From: Bacillota bacterium
Lineage (GTDB): Bacteria > Bacillota > Clostridia > Saccharofermentanales > DTU023
Length of the DNA: 64,000 nucleotides
Direction of reading: 5' to 3'
Assembly: GCA_023622515.1 (NCBI GenBank)
Contig: JAMNZB010000016.1
Location: 3,118-67,117, forward strand
Translations under genes and position numbers: made by a program
Notes under the pieces: model-generated
The model's input: only the letters and a program-made list of their open reading frames with translations
Database searches by the model: none
What the model was told of the DNA's origin: nothing
Shown here: piece by piece, positions 1 to 6,779 of the stretch
How the letters are laid out: each line of letters begins with the position of its first letter
How positions within the stretch are numbered: the first letter of the stretch is position 1

Positions 1-192
1 CTTGTGGTCAACAATCTCCAAAGGGCCCGTTTTTTCTTTCAATAGCTCAAGAGCATTCATGAACCCCTCGTGGATATCGCTTTCAATGGTTGTAAAGGAT
101 GAGGCGGTCGCTATGACTTCTTCCGTCTCCGGATTGACAGCGCATAATTTGGTAAATGTACTGCCAAAATCACTAAGTAAAAGAGCCTTCAT
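1..192 (-). CDS. glmL: Glutamate mutase accessory component GlmL (MutL), first 64 codons; gene runs off the window start
   Basis: Not in the supplied ORF track because it runs off the edge. Minus-strand ATG at 192..190 lies 20 nt after the glmS stop, with an AGGGGA RBS. Translation MKALLLSDFGSTFTKLCAVNPETEEVIATASSFTTIESDIHEGF has a DFGSTFTK ASKHA-like motif. Position directly downstream of glmS matches glmS-glmL-glmE clusters. Replaces the + ORF 2..205. Confidence 0.7.
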   Translation of the reverse strand, partial: MKALLLSDFGSTFTKLCAVNPETEEVIATASSFTTIESDIHEGFMNALELLKEKTGPLEIVDHK

Positions 193-212
193 CGTTTTCC
201 CCTAACTTTCTT

Positions 213-632
213 TTAAACGTCTAAATCTTGTTTTAAGTAGCGGATGGTTTCCTGCGGATCTGTACCCGGTGGGAATACACGATTGAAACCCATTTTGTGG
301 AAACGTTTTTCTACATCTTCGAAATTTTGTTTTCCGACAACAATATTTCCCCCAACATAGAGGAGTATATCCTCTAATCCGGCTTCATCACACTTTTCTC
401 TAAGTCCACGACAATCGAGTTCGCCATGGCCATAGAGGGACGAAACAACAATGGCATCTGCATCCGTCTCAACGGCAGCTGCAATATACTCTTCCTGAGA
501 CACCATAACGCCTAAATTGGTTACATCAAAACCCGCCTCTGTAAAAGCAAAATCCAGAATACGGATGCCAACGGCATGTACATCCGCACCAATTACCCCG
601 ATGACGAGTTTTTTTCCGTTTTTCTCACTCAT
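213..632 (-). CDS. glmS: Glutamate mutase (methylaspartate mutase) sigma/S subunit, cobalamin-binding
   Basis: 139 aa, colinear by eye with clostridial MutS/GlmS. Motifs: [11 protein letters not shown] (DxHxxG B12 His-ligand), [28 protein letters not shown]. The ATG lies 1 nt after the upstream regulator stop (TGAaATG). Confidence 0.9.
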   Translation of the reverse strand: MSEKNGKKLVIGVIGADVHAVGIRILDFAFTEAGFDVTNLGVMVSQEEYIAAAVETDADAIVVSSLYGHGELDCRGLREKCDEAGLEDILLYVGGNIVVGKQNFEDVEKRFHKMGFNRVFPPGTDPQETIRYLKQDLDV

Positions 633-633
633 T

Positions 634-1704
634 TCAAATTTGTTCCTTTCCCTGATTTGCCAATTCTTCTAATTTCATATGAATATTAAAAAGTGAGGCT
701 TTTTCTGGTATTAATTTATAATTTAGGAGGCTCCCCCCCCGCTTAACAAAAGTATCCAACTCTTTCCTTTGCTCTTCATTGATATAGTCAAATAGGACAA
801 AAGGCAGAAGAATTGTGTCAGATTCACGTAAAAATATTTCCAGCCGATTTTCACTAAGTAAATGGGTCTGAGGAGAATTATGCAATTTGGCATAATTAGC
901 ACAACTGTCCTGCATAATCTTAGAAAAACTATGGGCAAAACTTATGATGCCGAGACGAGTATTACCGGGAAGGGCCGCAAGATCTATAATCGAATGAGGA
1001 TCAAGAGCCATGATAACCGGCAAAACCTGTTTTATATTGTCATGGTCCGTACGCAGCTTGGTACTAAGGTAGACGTCCTCTGTCGTGATGATGGCATCAA
1101 AGAGGTCCAGCTCAACATTGCCTTCTAAAAAATTGTCGAAAGAATAGGCTGTGAAGTTAGCATATTTTATACTTTTAAGTTCTTGCAATAAAATAATGCG
1201 CTCATCCGGCGAATCAGCAATCACAGCAACACTTATATTGCCGGCTTCCTCATAGAATTCACGCATTTTTAAATCAATAAATATTTGAATTTCGCGGCGA
1301 GTAAAAGCTAATTTTTGCATTTCCCGGAGCATGGTATCAATAGCCTGCATGGCAGCATCCTTACGGGACAAGTTTGCGGAAGTTTCCTTCTCTTCATAAG
1401 AAACAAAACTTCCCTTACCCTGGGTAAGTTCCAGATAGCCCTCTGCAGCAAGTATATTGTAGGCGTGTGATACTGTCCCTTTAGAAATATTTAATTCTGA
1501 GGCCAAGCGGGCAAATGTTGGTAAACGCTCACCATTCTTCAACTCGCCCTCCAAGATAAGACAACGAATCATATCGACAAGTGTCTGGTACAAAGGAATG
1601 GTATCCAGGGTAATGTCTCTATCTTGTTCAAATAGAGTCACTATTTTTTCCAGGACAGCCTCTATCTCTTTTTTCTCATTATTTCCTTGAGACATATCGT
1701 TCAC
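634..1704 (-). CDS. GntR-family transcriptional regulator with an unrecognised ~250 aa C-terminal domain
   Basis: 356 aa. Has a GntR-type winged HTH ([41 protein letters not shown]). Sits between the hydratase genes and glmS and is translationally coupled to glmS. Confidence 0.75.
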   Translation of the reverse strand: MNDMSQGNNEKKEIEAVLEKIVTLFEQDRDITLDTIPLYQTLVDMIRCLILEGELKNGERLPTFARLASELNISKGTVSHAYNILAAEGYLELTQGKGSFVSYEEKETSANLSRKDAAMQAIDTMLREMQKLAFTRREIQIFIDLKMREFYEEAGNISVAVIADSPDERIILLQELKSIKYANFTAYSFDNFLEGNVELDLFDAIITTEDVYLSTKLRTDHDNIKQVLPVIMALDPHSIIDLAALPGNTRLGIISFAHSFSKIMQDSCANYAKLHNSPQTHLLSENRLEIFLRESDTILLPFVLFDYINEEQRKELDTFVKRGGSLLNYKLIPEKASLFNIHMKLEELANQGKEQI

Positions 1705-1734
1705 TCTAATCGCTACTCAATCCGGCTTGCGCTT

Positions 1735-2263
1735 TTACTCAACAGTCTCTTTCCGCCACTTGGCCGGCCCGATTTGGTATAAGTCGGAGCCCTCAGAATC
1801 AACAGCAACAAGGAGGGGCATGTCTTTAACCTCCAGTTTGCGAATAGCTTCCGCGCCTAAGTCCTCGTAAGCAATAATTTCGGCTTCTTGAACGGATTTG
1901 GCCAACAAAGCACCGGCTCCGCCTACAGCGGCAAAATAAACGGCACCATGTTCTTTCATGGAAGAAATGACTTCCTTGTCCAACTTCGATTAAGCGTGGT
2001 GAATAGTCATCCATGCGATAGGAGGTTGTCGGCCCGCAAGAACCTATTACTCGGCCCGGTGCTGCCGGCGATGGTCCAACATAAAAGATTACAGACCCTT
2101 CCGGGTTAAAGGGAAGGTCTTCCCCGCGCTCCAGTGTTTCTACCAGGCGCTTATGGGCAGCGTCGCGTGCGGTATAAATTGTACCGGAAAGATAAACCCT
2201 ATCCCCTGTTCTCAGCTTTTTAACTTCTTCTTTGCTCAGAGGAGCAGTTAAACGATATTCCAT
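1735..2263 (-). pseudogene. Class-I (Fe-S) fumarate/tartrate-type hydro-lyase beta subunit, disrupted by an out-of-frame internal deletion near 1980
   Basis: Two overlapping ORFs carry the two halves. ORF 1826..2263 matches the family up to ...GPTTSYRMDDYSPRLIEVG, then reads nonsense. ORF 1735..1983 resumes at DKEVISSMKEHGAVYFAAVGGAGALLAKS... in another frame. The usual ~10-residue (L/V)KGMIGKG-type segment between them is missing. The span is 529 nt, which is not a multiple of 3. Confidence 0.75.
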
Positions 2264-3102
2264 TAGAGAACCTCCGTTTCATGACGTGCGGCATGGCAAT
2301 TGAGATTGACGGCAACCGGTAAACCGGCAATATGAGTCGGCAGGGCTTCAATATGGACAGCCATGGCTGTAGAAGAGCCACCATAGCCCTGGGCCCCGAT
2401 TCCCAGCTCATTTATTTTTTGCAGCATCTCAGCTTCCAGTTCGGCGTAAAAAGGATCGGCATTGGGTTGTCCTGTTTCTCTCAATAAAGAACGCTTCGCC
2501 GCCAGAGCAACCGTATCAAAGGTGCCCCCAACCCCAACACCGACAACAATCGGCGGACAAGGATTAGGACCGGCAAGCTCTACTGTTTCAAGAATAAAAT
2601 TTTTGACGCCCTCAAGGCCATCTGCCGGCTTCAGCATTTTCAGGCGGCCCATATTTTCGCTACCAAAACCCTTTGGGGCAACAGTTACAGTGACTCGATC
2701 GCCGGGTACACGGCGTAAATATAAGCTGGCCGGTGTATTGTCATTGGTATTTTTGCGGCGGATGGGATCAGCGACGACACTCTTTCGAAGATAGCCCTCC
2801 CCATAGCCCTGACGGACTCCTTCTTGCACAGCTTCATCTAAATTACCCTCTAAGAAAACTTCCTCACCCACATCAAGAAAAACCAAGGCCATTCCTGTAT
2901 CTTGGCAAATGGGCATTTGTTCTTCTTCGGCAATTTTATAGTTGGATATAATGTCCTCTAGAGCGGCTTTAGATGCCGGTCCACTTTCTGTCTTGTGTAG
3001 TTCATCAAGCTTAACCCGTACATCACAGGGCAATACTCGATTTGCTTTAATACACATTCTTTTGATAGGTTCAATTAAATCTTGAACAGCGAAGTGTCTC
3101 AT
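2263..3102 (-). CDS. Class-I (Fe-S) fumarate/tartrate-type hydro-lyase alpha subunit; candidate mesaconase large subunit
   Basis: ORF 2263..3162 trimmed to the ATG at 3102, which has a GGGGAGG RBS upstream. 279 aa with motifs PICQDTG, GPNPCPP and NLNCHAARH. Its stop overlaps the beta-subunit ATG (TAATG). Confidence 0.85.
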   Translation of the reverse strand: MRHFAVQDLIEPIKRMCIKANRVLPCDVRVKLDELHKTESGPASKAALEDIISNYKIAEEEQMPICQDTGMALVFLDVGEEVFLEGNLDEAVQEGVRQGYGEGYLRKSVVADPIRRKNTNDNTPASLYLRRVPGDRVTVTVAPKGFGSENMGRLKMLKPADGLEGVKNFILETVELAGPNPCPPIVVGVGVGGTFDTVALAAKRSLLRETGQPNADPFYAELEAEMLQKINELGIGAQGYGGSSTAMAVHIEALPTHIAGLPVAVNLNCHAARHETEVL

Positions 3103-3122
3103 TTTTTGGCCTCCCCTTTTAA

Positions 3123-3151
3123 ATTGTACCAAAACAATACTATAGATTGAA
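3123..3151 (-). promoter_or_regulatory. Candidate sigma-A promoter for the hydratase/glutamate mutase genes
   Basis: On the minus strand: TTCAAT, 17 nt spacer, TGgTACAAT (extended -10). It ends about 20 nt upstream of the ATG at 3102, so the leader would be very short. Confidence 0.35.
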
Positions 3152-3183
3152 CTATAATGCAATAGTTCTTTTTATAATAGTTC
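3149..3183. promoter_or_regulatory. Operator-like repeat set: 7-bp inverted repeat GAACTAT-N6-ATAGTTC plus a third half-site
   Basis: Positions 3149..3168 read gaactataatgcaatagttc on the + strand (arms GAACTAT/ATAGTTC). AATAGTTC recurs at 3176..3183. The set overlaps the putative -35. Confidence 0.4.
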
Positions 3184-3276
3184 AAGATTTTTAGCATTTA
3201 TTTAGTTTTTAGCGGAAATCCTTAACAAAAAGTTGGATATTTTAGAGTTTCCTTTCTTTATAGATACAAAAAGGCA

Positions 3277-3348
3277 TCAATCAATCAATCAATCAATCAA
3301 GCAAGCAAGCAAGCAAGCAAGCAAGCGAGCAATCAATCAAGCAAGCAG
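3277..3348. repeat. Compound tetranucleotide microsatellite, 18 units of NCAA
   Basis: Read directly from the + strand: (TCAA)6 (GCAA)6 GCGA GCAA (TCAA)2 GCAA GCAG. The last ~4 units encode the C-terminus (..SCLLD*) and stop of the SGNH gene. The remainder is intergenic, 175-245 bp upstream of the hydratase ATG. Confidence 0.95.
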
Positions 3349-4115
3349 CTATGGACCTCTTGGAGTGTAGCTATAACGATCTCAGATATTTTTGCGCATC
3401 CCTCGAGATTGGGATGTACACCATCCCAAAAATCAGCTTGGAAGCTCGTTTCCGTGTAGCTTATAGTACGTAGGTCAGCTAACAATAGATTATAGTAGTC
3501 GGCTATGGCGGCGGAAGCGTCGGCGAAATCGACAATACTATGGCCACTCCTATTTGTTTCATTGTAGAAATGGGTATAGTTAAGAGGGGTCGTAATGATG
3601 ACGATAAGCGAGTTGGGCAGCGCTTCTTGAAGTGTTTCAATCAAATAGGAATAGGCACCAAAGAAGCTGGCTAAGTCTTTATCCGCTTTGTCTTTCTCAC
3701 ACTCAGCAAGATCACCAACCCAAACACCCGAGAAGAAATCATTGGTCCCGCCTAAAATAGTAATCACGTCAGGTGAATAGCTGATTATTTCATTCAGCCG
3801 CCACTCTTGCCAGTAGGCACTGCTGCTATAGCCGGAAACCAGGGTGCCGCTGATACCGAGATCAATATGCTCCAGGGAAAACTTATTGGCTACAGCGGCC
3901 TGCCAAAAACCGCCATCAGTGATAGAGTCCCCATAGGAGACCCAGATTTTTTCCTGTAAGTTTATCTTCCGCTTCTTCTCTTCTCCGGTATTCATAATAA
4001 ATAAGACGACAGCAATTGAAATAAGTAAAAAGCCTATGAGCAAGAGTAAGAAAAGGCTAGGAGCGTCTATTCTTTTCTTTTTCTTTTTCTTTCTCATCTT
4101 CTTTGCTTCTTTCAT
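3333..4115 (-). CDS. Membrane-anchored SGNH/GDSL-family hydrolase (esterase)
   Basis: 260 aa with a Lys-rich N-terminus and one TM helix. SGNH blocks: YGDSITDG (block I), GGTNDF (block III), DGVHPN (block V). Confidence 0.8.
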   Translation of the reverse strand: MKEAKKMRKKKKKKRIDAPSLFLLLLIGFLLISIAVVLFIMNTGEEKKRKINLQEKIWVSYGDSITDGGFWQAAVANKFSLEHIDLGISGTLVSGYSSSAYWQEWRLNEIISYSPDVITILGGTNDFFSGVWVGDLAECEKDKADKDLASFFGAYSYLIETLQEALPNSLIVIITTPLNYTHFYNETNRSGHSIVDFADASAAIADYYNLLLADLRTISYTETSFQADFWDGVHPNLEGCAKISEIVIATLQEVHSCLLD

Positions 4116-4148
4116 GGCCTAAGCATAATAAGCTCTTGGCTTCTGAGC

Positions 4149-5396
4149 CTAGGGCTGGTCACAATAAAACTCATAGGCCGATAGGGCAATCGCTTCGGCA
4201 AGAGTTTTAATATTTGACTCTTGTTGTAAAAATCGAATATTCTCTTCATTTGCCCTCTGGCCAATAACCAACTCCACAGCCGTAAGATTGTTATATCTTC
4301 CGCTGACCACAGCACTCTCTTGTACTGCCGTTTGTTTGCCTTTATAGCTTAGTTCAGGTAAATATTCACGAATATTTCGCTCAACTTGCTCGGCAAGTCG
4401 CCTCCGCGATGATACATCATAGGCTACGTAGGCCGGTTGGTTTTGCGGGTTTGCCTCATCCAAAGCGCTGCTTCCGAAACTTGCACCGACAGTCGCCCCA
4501 TAATAGAGGGCCTTTACCCCGCTTTCTGTTTCCGAATCACCAAGGCGCAGGCTGAGATAAAAGACTTCCTTGTATTGTCGCTCTACATCAAGCAAAAGGC
4601 GTAAGTTTGAATTAATGCCGTTATTCGTGAAAAGAGCCCGGGCCGCAAGCGAGCCGGGGTCTGTCACCGAATTATGAAGGGTAGGGATGAGGGTCTCTAT
4701 ATCAACGGACTTGAAATTTTGCTCCTTTAACTCTGCCAGGAAGCGTTGGGCAATTTGATTGCCGATAACAGCCTGTTGGGATATTTCAGAAGCGGATTTG
4801 CTTTGTTCACGGGTCAAGTAAACAGTCGCCCCCATATCTTCCATTTCTTTTTTTAATTTTTTGGCTAAAGTATCTAAAATCTCTCCGGGAGCGACAACTT
4901 TTTCCTTTTCCTTTTCTTTTTCCTTTTCCGGCTGGGAGACTCCGGACTTCTGCCGCACAGGAAGAAGGGTAAAGGGGTCTGTCGCCGCCACATTAGCCTT
5001 TCTTGTCTGTTCACCCGAGGGTACATCATCAATAAGAACCTCTTCTGCTACTTCACCCGCATCAATGAAGAGAACTATCCCCTCTAATGCATGGGCATTT
5101 TTATTACGTCCTCTGTAAATGCTCAAATCGGCCTTATGAAATTCCGGAATAATTGATTCTTGTGACCAGGCAAGGAGACCCCGATCATTTTTGACCGCTG
5201 TTTTAGGATCATTTTCCTGAATTGGAAGATCATCCATTAAGTCACGCCTGGCCATAGCTAACTCAACAGGATTTTCTCTTTTTGCTTCAAGATAAGCTTC
5301 CGGCTTAATTTTTTTATAGAAATAATTGAAGACAAGTAAAAGCGCACTAAAGAGTACAATAGCCGCCAATGTTTTTAATGCCTTTTTTTGTGTCAT
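4149..5396 (-). CDS. Membrane-anchored protein with a degenerate (probably non-catalytic) Amidase_3/CwlD-like domain
   Basis: 415 aa with an N-terminal TM helix. Segments align by eye to CwlD-type amidase blocks, but the Zn ligands are replaced. Block substitutions: GIVLFIDAGE for IDPGHGG; GATVYLTREQ for V.MTR; VFYLSLRLG for ISIHLN; VELVIGQRANEEN for IEVGFLSN. Contains an (EK)5 low-complexity insert. Confidence 0.55.
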   Translation of the reverse strand: MTQKKALKTLAAIVLFSALLLVFNYFYKKIKPEAYLEAKRENPVELAMARRDLMDDLPIQENDPKTAVKNDRGLLAWSQESIIPEFHKADLSIYRGRNKNAHALEGIVLFIDAGEVAEEVLIDDVPSGEQTRKANVAATDPFTLLPVRQKSGVSQPEKEKEKEKEKVVAPGEILDTLAKKLKKEMEDMGATVYLTREQSKSASEISQQAVIGNQIAQRFLAELKEQNFKSVDIETLIPTLHNSVTDPGSLAARALFTNNGINSNLRLLLDVERQYKEVFYLSLRLGDSETESGVKALYYGATVGASFGSSALDEANPQNQPAYVAYDVSSRRRLAEQVERNIREYLPELSYKGKQTAVQESAVVSGRYNNLTAVELVIGQRANEENIRFLQQESNIKTLAEAIALSAYEFYCDQP

Positions 5397-5417
5397 ATCT
5401 TCACATTCATCCCGGTT

Positions 5418-6779
5418 CTAGTAAGTAAAGCGGCTGGAAATCAGTTTAGCTAAACCTTCCGCTAAACTTTGAATATACTTCTGTTCCTTCCCTTCCAACA
5501 TGACGCGTACATAAGCCTCCGTTCCGGAAGGACGAAGAAGCAGTCTGCCGTTATCACCTAATTCTTCTTCTACACGCTTACCGGCAAGGAGAACATCCGG
5601 ATCTTCCAAGACTTTTGTCTTATATTCATTCGGAACGGGTACATTAATCAGGACTTGTGGATAGAGGGTCAGAACTTCTCGCAATTCAGATAGGCTCTTT
5701 CCCGATTTGACGGACACGTCAAGCAGGCGTAAGGCACTGAGAATACCGTCACCGCTTGTACTGTCATCAAGAAAAATGATATGGCCGGACTGTTCTCCAC
5801 CAAGTTTGTAGTTGCCTCTTAGCATTTCCTCAAGGACATAACGGTCACCCACTTGTGTCTTTACAAGCCGGATTCCTTCTCTTTCTGCCATTTTATCAAG
5901 ACCAAGGTTACTCATTACCGTAACCACAAGCGTATTATCTTTTAGTACCCCCCGGTCCAGCATAAACTTGGCCAAGATCGATAAAGTTACATCCCCGTCT
6001 AAAATACCGCCCTTTTCATCTACAGCAATCAGCCTGTCTGCATCACCGTCAAAGGCCAGGCCCCCGTCATAACCTAGTTCCGTAACCAACTCAGCGATGT
6101 TTTCCACATGAGTAGAGCCACAATTTAAATTAATATTCAAGCCGTTCGGCTTGTCGCCAACCACATGTAGTTCGGCCCCCAGCGCTGAAAATAAGGAGGG
6201 GGCAATTTCAAAAGCGGCCCCGTTAGCAGCATCAAGCACAAGCCTCTTCCCCGTAAGATCAAGTCCGGCAAGGGAAATTAAATGCTTTCTATATTCTTCA
6301 GCAGCATCGTTTAGACGAAAAGACCGGCCGATAGCACCGGCAACCGGTCTCGGTCTAGCGTGTTCTTCATCAAAAAGCTTCATATTTGCTTCAATTACGT
6401 CTTCAATTTCGTCGGGGAGTTTATAACCACTCTGATTAAAAAGTTTAATACCATTATATTCATAGGAGTTATGAGAGGCAGAAATAACCACGCCCATATC
6501 ACAAGCATATTTTGTAACCAGATAAGCAACTGCCGGTGTAGGAACGACTCCGGCCAGATAAACATCAACACCGGCCATGGTAAAACCTGCTACCAGGGCC
6601 GCTTCCAGCATACTTGAAGATATCCGTGTATCATGACCGATTAAAACTTTATTTTTTTCTGCCTTTTTCTCAAATAGGGTATGGGCTGCGCTATAGGCTA
6701 AGCGCAGTGCCAAGTCACAGGACAATTCGCGATTAGCGATACCCCGCACACCGTCTGTTCCGAACAATCGTTTGGTCAT
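5418..6779 (-). CDS. glmM: Phosphoglucosamine mutase
   Basis: 453 aa. Motifs: FGTDGVRG, phosphoserine loop SASHNSYEYNGIK, FDGDADR, GGEQSGH. The ATG overlaps the cdaA stop (TAATG), which matches the conserved cdaA-cdaR-glmM context. Confidence 0.95.
   Translation of the reverse strand: MTKRLFGTDGVRGIANRELSCDLALRLAYSAAHTLFEKKAEKNKVLIGHDTRISSSMLEAALVAGFTMAGVDVYLAGVVPTPAVAYLVTKYACDMGVVISASHNSYEYNGIKLFNQSGYKLPDEIEDVIEANMKLFDEEHARPRPVAGAIGRSFRLNDAAEEYRKHLISLAGLDLTGKRLVLDAANGAAFEIAPSLFSALGAELHVVGDKPNGLNINLNCGSTHVENIAELVTELGYDGGLAFDGDADRLIAVDEKGGILDGDVTLSILAKFMLDRGVLKDNTLVVTVMSNLGLDKMAEREGIRLVKTQVGDRYVLEEMLRGNYKLGGEQSGHIIFLDDSTSGDGILSALRLLDVSVKSGKSLSELREVLTLYPQVLINVPVPNEYKTKVLEDPDVLLAGKRVEEELGDNGRLLLRPSGTEAYVRVMLEGKEQKYIQSLAEGLAKLISSRFTY

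Noticed and set aside
2-205. Plus-strand 67-aa ORF at the window start
   Set aside because: The opposite strand encodes a convincing GlmL N-terminus (DFGSTFTK) with an RBS directly after glmS. The + ORF has no motif or RBS and is an antisense artefact.
1735-2263. Treating ORFs 1735..1983 and 1826..2263 as two genuine overlapping genes
   Set aside because: They are the C- and N-terminal halves of one hydratase beta subunit in different frames. The 158-nt overlap consists of out-of-frame read-through.
3277-3348. Tetranucleotide tract as a CRISPR-like array, or as an ON/OFF phase switch of the SGNH esterase
   Set aside because: There is no spacer/repeat organisation, only 4-nt units. The tract begins at the stop codon, so unit changes cannot shift most of the reading frame. 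At most the last ~5 codons change.
4899-4930. Hexanucleotide-like (TTTTCC)n tract as a separate hypervariable repeat
   Set aside because: It is short and imperfect and simply encodes the in-frame (EK)5 low-complexity tract. It is noted under the amidase-like protein instead.
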